From NCBI RefSeq assembly GCF_011386835.1, contig NC_088812.1, positions 2,852,001-2,916,000 on the forward strand: a DNA stretch of 64,000 nucleotides, written 5' to 3'. The notes under the pieces are model-generated. The model did no database searches, was not told the DNA's origin, and was given only the letters and a program-made list of their open reading frames with translations. Both the position numbers and the translations under genes were made by a program. This document shows positions 30,001 through 41,600 of this stretch, piece by piece. The DNA is from Chrysemys picta bellii (taxonomy: Eukaryota). Within the stretch, counting starts at the first letter, position 1; each line of letters starts with the position of its first letter.

Positions 30001-33000
30001 CAGACGCCTTACCCTGACTGGCCACTAGGGGATGACAGCGCCCAGCCCCCCACCTGGCGCGATCGCCAAACCCGCTCCCTCCGCCCCCTTGTGTCTCTTC
30101 CAGCAACTCAACGGGAGCGAGGTTCACGTGCTCTACTCCACCCCCACCTGCTACCTGTGGGAACTCTTCAAAGCCAACCTGTCGTGGTGAGCGCCGGGGC
30201 CGGGTGGGGCTGGCGGGAACCCGCCTGGGGTGGCCTGCGCTGTCCCTCCCCCGCCAGGCTAGGGCGGAGAGGATGGACTTGCCAACCCCTGGTGCCTCCC
30301 TTTTGGAGGGGTAATGATGGAGCCGTGACTGGAAAGGCAGAGCGCCCCCTGCTGACCCCCCTGCCTTCCTGCAGCACAGCGCCCCCTAGTGCCGCATTGG
30401 GGTCAGCACCGACTGGGAGGGCAGAGCGCCCCCTGCAGAGCCCCCTGCCTTCCTGCAGCACAGCGCCCCCTAGTGCCGCATTGGGGTCAGCACCGACTGG
30501 GAGGGCAGAGCGCCCCCTGCAGAGCCCCCTGCCTTCCTGCAGCACAGCGCCCCCTAGTGCCGCATTGGGATCAGCACCGACTGGGAGGGCAGAGCGCCCC
30601 CTGCAGAGCCCCCTGCCTTCCTGCAGCACAGCGCCCCCTAGTGCCGCATTGGGATCAGCACCGACTGGGAGGGCAGAGCGCCCCCTGCTGAGCCCACACC
30701 CTGCTTCCTGCAGCTCAGCGCCCCCTAGTGCCACGCTGGAGTATATAAATGAGCACATCTCTCATTAGTTTCTTCCATGCCATTATAATCCTCCTCTCTG
30801 TTCCTAGGGTGACCAGACAGCAAGTGTGAAAAATCGGGACAGGTGGTGTGTGTGTGGGGGGGGGTAATAGAAACCTATATAAGAAAAAGACCCAAAAATC
30901 GGGACTGTCCCTATAAAATCGGGACATCTGGTCACCCTATCTGTTCCTCAGGCGCTGAGAGTGGCTGGTGCTGGGGGCAGGGGCTGAGCTGTGGCACTGA
31001 CTGGCTGGCTACCCCCCTCTGGCCAGGCGGTGTGCGGGTGGGGTGGATTGAGGAGGGGGAAGGGAGTAGGTCCGGGTCTCCTGGACCCATGAGTCGCAGA
31101 AGGGACCCTCTTTGGTGTCGCGCAGGTCCCTCAAATACGACGATTTCTTCCCTTACGCTGACGGGCCGCACCATTTCTGGACAGGCTACTTCACCAGCCG
31201 GCCGGCCTTCAAGCGTTACGAGCGACTGAGCAACAACTTCCTACAGGTGGGGGCAGGGAGTCCGGGATCCCACCCACGCCCCTTCGCCCTGGGACCTGCT
31301 GCCTGTTGGTCTTCCCAGCACCCTGTCCTGAGCGGGACAGAGGAGGTCTGAGCCTAGGAGGCCGGACTCCAGGGTTCTGTCCCCAGCTCTGAGGGGGGAG
31401 TGGGGTCTAGTGGTTAGAGCAGAGGGGCTGGGAGGGGCTCTGTGCGAATTTGGGGAGGCCCCATCCCCTCTCCGTGCCTCAGTTTCCCCCTCTATGAAAT
31501 GGGAGTGGCGAGTCCCTCCTGGAGGGTTACCGGATGCGGATAAATGTTCTCTCATCACTGCTCCCCCGCCCCCCCTTGCAGGTTTGCAACCAGCTGGAAG
31601 CCTTGGCCGGTCCGGTGGCGAGGACGGGCCCCTACGGGAAAGGAGACAGCGCCGTGCTCCGTACGTGAGCTGCTGCGCCGTGAATCACCTCGTTATCGGG
31701 ATTCCCCCCCAAACGTATCCTGCCCCCTGCAGCCACTAGGGGGAGACGGAGCAAAGGATCAGCTCCTATCGCAGCCAGCAGAGGGCAGTGTTGCTTTCTC
31801 CATACACAGACATCCAGCAATGTGGCCCACATGGACCAGTGCTGCAGGGACTCCTGGGCTCTGGCAGGGGAGTGGGGTCTAGTGGTTAGAGCAGGGGATG
31901 GCATCAGGACTCCTGGGTTCTACTCCTGTCTGTGTTGCCTTAGGCAAGTTGCCAAGTTGATGCTGGAGCTTGGTGGCCGGGGGGAGTCTTCAGGCCGGGC
32001 AGGGGAGGTGCAGGCCCAGCCCCCTATTGGAGAGGTTGGATTTGGGGGGGCTGTCTGGCCCCACAATCCCCCTTTCCCTGCCCCCCGCATTGTCCCACCC
32101 GGTGGGTTTGGCGCAGCTCCCTGTTCCGCCCCTGACGCCCCGGCTCCCCCACAGGCCGGGCCATGGCAGTGGCCCAGCATCACGACGCCGTCAGCGGGAC
32201 GGAGAAGCAGCACGTGGCTAATGACTACGCCAAGCGCCTGGCTGCCGGCTGGGACGCCTGCCAGGTACGTGGCACCCTGTTCCCCTCCAGAGATCCCGGA
32301 ACCTGACTCTGCCTCCTCTAGTCCCTGCAGTGAGCATCCCAGGGCAGGATGGCCCAGGGAAAAGGCAGCCTGTGGGGGTGTCGGAGTAGCCAAGGACCTG
32401 CTATGGCCCCACCCCAGAGGTGGCTGCATCTCAGCGCCGGGCAAGGGGATTTAAAGGGGACCCCCCCCTAATAACTTCCTATTCTTCTCCTCAGCAAAGG
32501 GTGGCCCTGGTGATGCTTTGCTGCACAGCGCCCCCTAGCACCACCCAGGGCGTTGGGGTCAATGCTGGCTCCAAGGGGAGAGCTCCCCTGCTCCCTGCAG
32601 CACAGCGCCCCCTAGCACCACCCAGGGCGTTGGGGTCAATGCTGACTCCAAGGGGAGAGCTTCCCCCCTATCATGCGCCTTGCAGCACAGCGCCCCCTAG
32701 TGCCACGCCAGGGAATCGGGGGGCCAGCACTGACCGTGAGAGGAGCGTTCCCCACCCTGTTCCCTGCAGCACAGCGCCCCCTAGCGCCACCCCAGGGAAT
32801 CGGGGGCCAGCACTGACCGTGAGAGGAGCATTCCCCACCCTGATCCGTACAGCACAGCGCCCCCTAGTGCAGGGGTTCTCGCAACAAATTTCTTGGTGGC
32901 CTCAGAGTGCGGCCACCAACTTTTGCCCTGGTGATGCTTTGCTGCACAGCGCCCCCTAGCACCACCCAGGGCGTTGGGGTCAATGCTGGCTCCAAGGGGA

Positions 33001-36000
33001 GAGCTCCCCTGCTCCCTGCAGCACAGCGCCCCCTAGCACCACCCAGGGCGTTGGGGTCAATGCTGACTCCAAGGGGAGAGCTTCCCCCCTATCATGCGCC
33101 TTGCAGCACAGCGCCCCCTAGTGCCACGCCAGGGAATCGGGGGGCCAGCACTGACCGTGAGAGGAGCGTTCCCCACCCTGTTCCCTGCAGCACAGCGCCC
33201 CCTAGCGCCACCCCAGGGAATCGGGGGCCAGCACTGACCGTGAGAGGAGCATTCCCCACCCTGATCCGTACAGCACAGCGCCCCCTAGTGCAGGGGTTCT
33301 CGCAACAAATTTCTTGGTGGCCTCAGAGTGCGGCCACCAACTTTTGCTGGTGGCCACACTGACATTTTTCCTAAAATTATTTATTTTTTTCCCTCAAGTT
33401 AAGAAAATAATATGCGCATGTAGACATCCAAATCATTGTAATTTATTTATGTAAGGTTTTGGGGCGGGGGTTGCCACCCCCCTCCCGCCACCGCGTCCCT
33501 CCTCACGGCCCTGCCCGCTGCTGGCTTGCCGCATCCCTCCTCGTTCCCCTGCCCGCCGCTCGCCTCCTCACTCCCCTGCCAGACACTCCCCTGTCTGCTA
33601 TGAGAACCACCACTCACTACTGGCTCACCGCTCGCCCCCACCCCTTGCTCCTTCAGTGTTGTGTCCCTCACCTGCGTCTCCAGAGAGGCAGTGCAGGGCA
33701 GCGCATCCAGGAACAACAGGGAGGAAGGGGAGGGGCTGATGGTCCCCCCCCCCCCCCATCACTGCCTAGGAAGCTGCTGTGGGTCAGCACGGACTGTGAG
33801 GGGAGAGCGCCCCCATCCTGCTCCCAGCAGCCCAGCGCCCTCCTGGAATGCGTGTGTGGGGGGGTGAATCTCTCGTCTCTCACCTGATGGGAGGCATCTC
33901 TCCTCGTTGCAGGTCCTGGTCAGTAACGCTCTGGCCAGCATCAGCGGCAACAAGGAGAACTTCATCTATTGCAACTACCTCAATATCAGCGTGTGCCCGC
34001 TGACCGAATCCGCTGGCACCGTAAGGACCTTGCTGTTGTGTAGGCCGCGGGCGCGGGAGGGGAGCCGGGCCTAGAACCCAGCTCCGCCAGCCCAAGAATG
34101 CAGGTCGCTACTCGACCTGGGGGAGACTGGCTCTTACCTTGTGGGTGTAGGACGGCTTGTTCTCCTCTCTGGGCTCAGCCAGTGAGTAGCGCCCGCTCTC
34201 TCTGGCTGGCGGTGGGGAGGATCAGGTGGGCATCCCGCTAACCTGGGTCTGTCTGTCCAGTTCATGGTGATCCTCTACAACCCGCTGGGACGGCGTGTGA
34301 GCTGGAACGTCCGGCTGCCGGTGAAGGGAGCCTCGTATTCGGTGACAGATCCCAACGGCCAGACGGTGCCGAATGAGGTAGGGCCAGAGCGTCTTCCTTC
34401 TTGACTCTTTGTCTCCACCCTGCGGCTGCACGCTTGGCCGGTTTCCATCCCTCTCCGTGTCGTGGGCCTGCAGGGGATTCACTCGTTAGCAGGGACTGGG
34501 CTCTGGCATCTTCTAGCAAAAGGAGGATCTCTTAGCGGCAGCAGTATTGCAGCTCGTAACGGCGCCGCATGCTGCCACCACTAGAGGGCGGTGTGATTGC
34601 ATACGCTCGAGCCGGTCTGATTGCATCCTCTAGGGGGCGATGGTGCCCATGCATACTTGGTCCCGGGCAATAGTGTCCTCCCAAGCTGGCACCGCTCCTT
34701 GTGCCTGGCAAATAGGCTGCAGGGGACTGACGGGTTAACGCCACGCCGGGGAAAGCACCAGGGGCTGTGTAATGAGCACAAGGTTTTTAAATCTTACTAG
34801 AAAGCCAGGTGTCCCCTAGCACGCCACTGGGGCATTGGGGTCGGTGCCCCCTCCTGAGCTCCCACTCCCTGCTGCATAGCGCCCCCTAGCGGCCAGCAGT
34901 GACCCCAAGTGGGGAGTGGCCCCTCCTGAGCTCCCACCCCTCTCTCTGCAGCGCAGCGCCCCCTAGCATCACTCTGTGGCATTGGGGCCAGCACTGACTG
35001 TGAAGGGAGAGTGCTGACGAGCTGACAGCAGCCGTCTCCCATCCACATTCTAACCAAGCCCGACCCTGCTTAACTTGCGAGCTCCCTGCATCCGTCCTGT
35101 GGTGTCCCCATGCGGCACCATCTGGGCCTCAGATGTTTTTTCTTTCTGTTTCCAGGTTGTCCCCGTCTCAAACTTCACCCGGGCGGTGAGGCGAGACCGG
35201 GGAGACGCCACCCACGAGTTGATCTTCCCAGCCTCGGCCCCTCCCCTGGGCTACAGCGCCTACACCGTCTCGAAAACAGCCAGCGGGGACCTGCGCTCCA
35301 GGCTGGCCAAACGGATCCGGGAGCAGGCCCAACCCCGTGTGGACGCCTGGTCCCCCAGGGAGATCCAGAATGAGGTACTCTCCTGAGCAAGGGGGCAGCC
35401 TGGTCAGTTTCACTTTGTCGGGTCAGTTTTACTTCCTAAGGCAAGGGAGCAGCCCGCTCTTGTGGGGCAGGGACTGTCTCTGTTCTTGTCTGTCCACCTC
35501 CAGCTGGTACAGGCCTGTGGCTCTGAGGCGCTACCGTAATACACCTCATAAATAATGTACAGCGCCCAGCACCATCAATGGGGCTCCGAGGCGCTACCGT
35601 AATACACCTAATAAATATTGTACAGCGCCTAGCGCAATACGGCCCAGGCCCATGGCTGGAGCTGGAGGCACTACCGTAATACACCTAATAAATAACATAC
35701 AGCCCCTAGTGCAGTGGGCTTCTAGGGAGGGGGAAGAACTATTGAAGCTAAAGGATAATGTTGGCACAAGAACAAAGGGAGATAAACGGGCCAGGAATCG
35801 GTGCAGGCTGGCAATGAGAAGCAGGTTTCTAACTATCCGAGGCAGGCGGGTCTGGAACAGCCTCCACACGGAGCAGCAGGGGGTAAACAACCTGACGAGC
35901 TTTAAGATGGCACTTGATTCGTTTCTGAATGGGGGGAGCTGACCGGGTGGGGACTGGACTGTGTGACCCAGGGGCGTCTCTTCTGGGCGACCCCCAGGCG

Positions 36001-38578
36001 GAGGGGAGGGTAATCGGAGGTGGAGGAATGAGGGGTCCTGCAGTGGGTTGTCCCCCGGGTCATGGTCTATTGACGTTCTCGCCTTCTTCCCCACAGCATC
36101 TCCGGGTTCTGTTCGACCCGGGCACTGGGCTCCTGATGGAGATTCAGAACCTGGACAAAAGCATCTCGCTGCCTGTGTCTCAGAACTTCTTCTGGTCAGT
36201 GAGCTGCGGGGAGTCGGGATGCCTGGGTTCTATCCCCACCTCTGGGGCGGGAGTGGTCTCTAGCGGGTAGAGCAGTGGGGACTGGGGATCAGGACTCCTG
36301 GGTTCTATTTCCAGCTCTGTTATTAACTCACATTCGAGCACGAGTGAATACCTTCCTCTCCATCCCTCTGTGCCTCAGTTTTCCCATCTGTAAAACAGGG
36401 TAATAACCAGCTCCCAGGAGGGGGAGTTCGATCCCTTGGCCAGTGTGGGGTCTGTGTGCGTGGGGGGGGGGGTTCTCCCTGGCGTGGCATTGGGGCTCAT
36501 GGTGCTCTGGGCAGCTGATTGGACCTTCTCTCACCATCCGCCCCCTCTTGCCCCGCCAAGGTACAACGCCAGCATTGGCAATGATGACAGCGCCCAGGCC
36601 TCCGGGGCATATATCTTCAGGCCCAACCGCTCTGAGCCCTTACGTGTGGCTGGGCGAGCCCACACGTACTTGGTGAAGGTAGGTGGCGGGGGCGTCCCCG
36701 GTGTGGGAACTCCAGGGGGCTGGGCGTGGGAGCCGAAGTCCCTTGTCTCCGATTCCCTTATGTCACTAGCCCTGAGCTAGCTGGGAGGGGGGGGGGTCTA
36801 GAGGTTAGATTAGGGGGGCGGCTGGGAGCCAGGATGCCTGGGTTCTATTCCCAAGTCCGTCTGGGGGACTGGAGTCCGCGGGGTTAGAGCAGAGTTGCTA
36901 GCTCTTGGGTAAGACTTAAAACTAAGGCCCCATCTGCTAATGGCCATTGACGATCCCCTGGCATGTTCCTTAACCTTACCGTGATGTCTCAGTCAAAGCT
37001 AACCCCCTTCAGGATCCTTCAATCAGACCTCGTTGCACTTCCAACTGAATCCAGGATCCCTTCCTTACTCTCCTCCAATGTTGTGCTGAGGTGCTGTGGG
37101 CTGCTAACACCCCGCCCCAGAGTCAGCTGCATTTCAGCATCTGGTGAGGGATCCTGCTATAAACTGTGGAAGTGTTATTTACTCCTTCTCATAACAAGAA
37201 CTAGGGGCCACCAAATGAAATTTAATAGGCAGCAGGTTTAAAATGCATAAAAGGACGTATTTCTTCGCACAACGCACAGTCAACCTGTGGAACTCCTTGC
37301 CAGAGGACATTGTGAAGGCCAAGACCATAACAGGGTTAAAAAAAAGAACTAGATAAATTCATGGAGGATAGGTCCATCAATGGCTATTAGCCAGGACGGG
37401 CAGGGATGGTGTCCCTAGCCTCTGTTTGTCAGAAGCTGGGAATGAGCGACAGGGGATGGATCACTTGATGATTCCCTGTTCTGTTCATTCCCTCTGGGGC
37501 ACCTGGCACTGGCCACTGTCGGAAGACAGGACACTGGGCTAGATGGACCTTTGGTCTGACCCACTCTGGCCGTTCTTATGTTCTAAGTGGCTGCAAGGCA
37601 GTGCTGGGCGAGGGGATCCCGCACACACGTTTCTCTCTCTCTCTCTGGTCCAGAACAAGCTGGTGCAGGAAGTTTACCAGAACTTCTCTTCGTGGTGCTC
37701 GCAGGTGGTGCGGCTCTATGCTGGGCAGCCCTATGTGGAGCTGGAGTGGACGGTGGGGCCCATCCCTATAGCGTGAGTGTGGGAAATGGAAGGGTTTTGA
37801 CACAGGAAACTGCCTCTAGACCAAAGTAATTTTCAACTTGGAGGAGCTGCTGCCATGCTCCATGGGAGTTGTAGTTTTGGTGCCTTATGCTCCCATTTTC
37901 CTCTGGGGGCTGGGCTCCCTGGGTGGACTACATCTCCCATGGTGCACCACAGTCCTGCCCTAATGCGCTGTGGTAATTTGTAGTTCAGAGTTTCCATTCT
38001 CTCTGGTTTGGGCTCCCGGGTTGGACTACATTTCCTATGATGCACCACAGCCTCCCCTCTTGGGGGCAGGAGGTGGTGCATTATGGGCGGCCCTGGCCCT
38101 GGTGGGAGATGTAGTCTGACCCGGGAGCCAGGTTTATAAAGTGGGAGGCACTGCAGCCAAATGCAGATATTTGGGAGTTTTGACGGAACATCCGTTGGTC
38201 CGTCCCCATGATGCTTTTCAAGGGGAGCCCCTCCCCCACCTTTCCCATCGACACAGCTGAGATGGAAAATGTCAGACCAGCCCCAGGAAGTGTGTCGGGG
38301 GTGGGGGAACCCGTGTGCTGCCAGACCCCACGTCTGACGCTGCCGCACCCTCTGCCGCAGTGACGGGCTAGGCAAGGAGATCATCAGCCGTTTCGAGACG
38401 TCCCTGCAGACGGACGGACGCTTCTACACGGACTCCAACGGGCGGGAGATTCTGGAGCGGAGGTAAAGGGCAGCGGGGGGCGGTGGCAAGACATTGGGAG
38501 TGGGGTGATCCTTCCTGGGCAGGGGAGGGGATGATTCCAAGGTGGAGTCAGGACTCCTGGGTTCTCCCCACAGCTCTG

Positions 38579-38612
<34 letters not shown>

Positions 38613-41600
38613 CTGGAAGTCAGGACTCCTGGCTCCATTCTCGTGTCTTCCATTGAATTACCGAGTCCCTTCTCCCCTTGGGGAAAAAGGGGCTGTGTCT
38701 TAATGAACGTCCAGGCCTTAATTATTGTTCGAGGTCCCTGAATGAGCTACTCCAACGAGCCCTGGACGTCCCCCTTTCCTGGTTAGCTGGCAGCCTCCCC
38801 CTGGGGGGGTGTCAGACACAGACTGTGCAGCATGTGGGGTACCCCAGGGCTAGGTATAGGGAACAGTCCATTCCCCAGTCAGGGCTGGGCTGGGAACCCT
38901 GTCGCTCGGGATCTGCCCAGAGCCCTGGACTGCACAGCCCGAACCGGCCCTACTCCCCGGATTGGGGGCGGGGGGAGATGGCCGACACGGGGCTTAATGG
39001 GGCTCTGATGCTCACGGCAGGCGGGATTATCGAGCCACGTGGAACCTGAGCCAGACGGAGCCGGTGGCTGGGAACTACTATCCCGTCAACAGTCGCATCT
39101 ATATCAAGGTACCAGGGGGCCCCTGCCAGCATCTCGCTGGGGCCCCTCCCCATCGCTCAGTGTGTGTGTGTGTGTGGGGGGGGGGGGAGGGATTCCTCTC
39201 CTTGGAGAGACGGGGATGGTCCAGTGGGTAGCGACACTCGCTTGGGTCTTCAGTTCTTGGCTCTGCCACCGACTCCCCTGTGGGAGCTTGTGATGTCATG
39301 CCCCTGTGCCTCAGTTTCCCCATTGATAAAACAGGGATCATAGCACTGCCTTGTCTGCACAGGGACGGGGTGGGAGGGTAAATACACTAAAGATGGCGAG
39401 GGCTTGATTCCTACAGCAGCGGGTGCCAGATATGGACAAGATCCTGGGGGGGGGGAGGCGTTGCAGACACCAGTGCTGGCCAGCAGGTGGTGCTGCTGGT
39501 CCCTCATTCCCACGCCCCCAGATCTGCTCTGGCCCATGCAGCGGCTCGAGGAAAGGCAGAGATGAGTGTGACGGGTGGCCAGCCCCGGGGTGCAGTCTGG
39601 GAAGCACTGCGCCCCTGTAGGACACACAGCTGGGTTGGCCCTGCCCACACTGCTGTGGCGGAGATACAGCCAGCCTCACCAGGCCCCGTTATCACCCAGC
39701 ACGCCAGCAGGTGGTACCTGGTACCCCTGAGGGCATTCTGCACCAAAACATTAACAATTCTGCACACAGTATTCTAAAATTCTGTAAATGTTATTTGTTA
39801 AATAAATGTGGAAGCTCCAGCGTGGCCTTGGCGAGCACCTGCCACTGGCTGCACAGAGGTGGGAGATCACTGTGCAGCTTCCACTTGAGACACGGACTCA
39901 GCGGTGAGGCTGCACCCAACCCTGACACAGCGCAGGGACCTGGCCTGCCCCAGAAACACCCCAGGGCCCTGCCCCTCCGTGCCAGGTGCACCAGGTGTGA
40001 GCAGGCAGGCTCAGCCAGGCAGGATCCAAGTGTGGAAGGGCTCAGTGTGGGGGGGATCCAGATGTGGGTTGAGAGGGTTCTGTGTGGGGCAGTCTGGGTG
40101 CAGGCGGCTCAGTGGGGGGGATCTGGATGCACAGGCATTTGTTGGGGGGTTTCTGGGTGCAACGTTAATTGGACTCGGCAGGGGGGTCCAGGTGAAGGTG
40201 CTTGGGGCTCAGCGGGGGGGGGCTCTGGGTGTGAGGGGGATGGAGCTTGGCAGAGGGTCTGGCTGTGGGGGTATCAGTGGTGGGGTCCAGATGCTGGGGG
40301 AGTGGGTCTCAGTGGAGCGGGGATCCAGGTTCAGGTGGCTTGTCAGGATGGTGCAGGTGGAGTGGGGGGGTGTCTGAGGGTGGGGGGGGTCGATGGGAAG
40401 GTAGGAGGGGGTCTGGCTGCACGAGGCGGGGGGGGTTGGATGGATGGGGGAGCAGCTCCCTGTACAGGGATCCCTCCCCTGCAGCTCAGGAGCGATTGGT
40501 GTAGGAAACAGGGGAGGGGGGGACTTTGCAGCGTTTCCTGCAGCCAGGGGAGAAATCTGGGGGTGGGTCTGACCCGGCCCCAGATGCCGTGCAGGGGCAG
40601 AGGAAGTCCCGTGCTCCCCAGCCCAGCCGGGACTAGCAGTTGAGCCCGGCGCAGGGTAGGAGCCACCAGCCAGTCTCGCCCCACAGTGATTTACCTCTCT
40701 GCCGGCTGCCCTGGGCCCCTGAAACGTACTGCTGGGGAGGTCACATGACCACGTTGGTGGCTTCCCTCTGCTTCCTCGTTAGAAAGTCATTTTTCTATGT
40801 GGAAGCAAAGAAATCTGCAGGGGACATAAATTCTGCACATGCGCAATGGTGCAGAATTCCCTCAAGAGAAGGTTACCTGAGTGCACACAGCAGACACCAG
40901 CCAATTTCCCAGCTCCCCAGGCACGCACCGCCGACTGGAGTATAAACCCAAAATTATACTGTCCTGCACTGCACAGCGAGCTGTGTAATGTAAGCTCATA
41001 AATAGTTCACCTCTCCCTCAATGTGGAGAGGAAAATGCAACAAGCCTGTGTTAACCCCGCTGAGCTTTTTTCCCCGGACACTTCACTCAAAGGCACACCG
41101 GGTTACATAAAGCAAAAGACAAGTTTATTAACGACAAAGATTTTAAGTGATAGCAAACGGATCAAAAAGTCAATAAACAAAACTGCAAACAAAGCCTAAA
41201 ATGACCGATTGGATAGGAATTCGCAGTCTCTCAGCCCGGCTGCTGATACAAGGAGGCCACCAGATTTCCATACCCAGGCTAGAAATCCCTTGAGCCTGGG
41301 TCCAGCACTGCCCCCAGTTCACTCTTTGCTCCTCACGTGTTTCCAGGCGTTCTCTTAGGTGGGGAGTGAGGCCCCTAGATGACGTCACGCCCCACCTTAG
41401 ATAGCTTTAACAGAGGGCGGGAACCCTTTGTTCCAAAACCAGTTCCCACCCAATTTGTGGAAAGCTACAGGTACCCAACATGGAGTCCGGTATCGCATGG
41501 TCTGGGTCCATGCCCTGGTTGGGTCACAGCAGCCGTTACTTACAGGCTGGTTGAAACGTTTACAGGCAGGCCAAGCCCGTTCAAAGTCCATCAGCTCTGT

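Noticed and set aside
30337-30732. Regular repeats resembling a CRISPR array
   Set aside because: Units are contiguous near-identical 84-mers without unique spacers. The context is eukaryotic and there are no cas genes.
35156-35374. MAN2B1 exon 14 is longer than the recalled human exon
   Set aside because: It lies in a variable, proteolytically processed linker region and probably reflects the non-mammalian state rather than a novelty.
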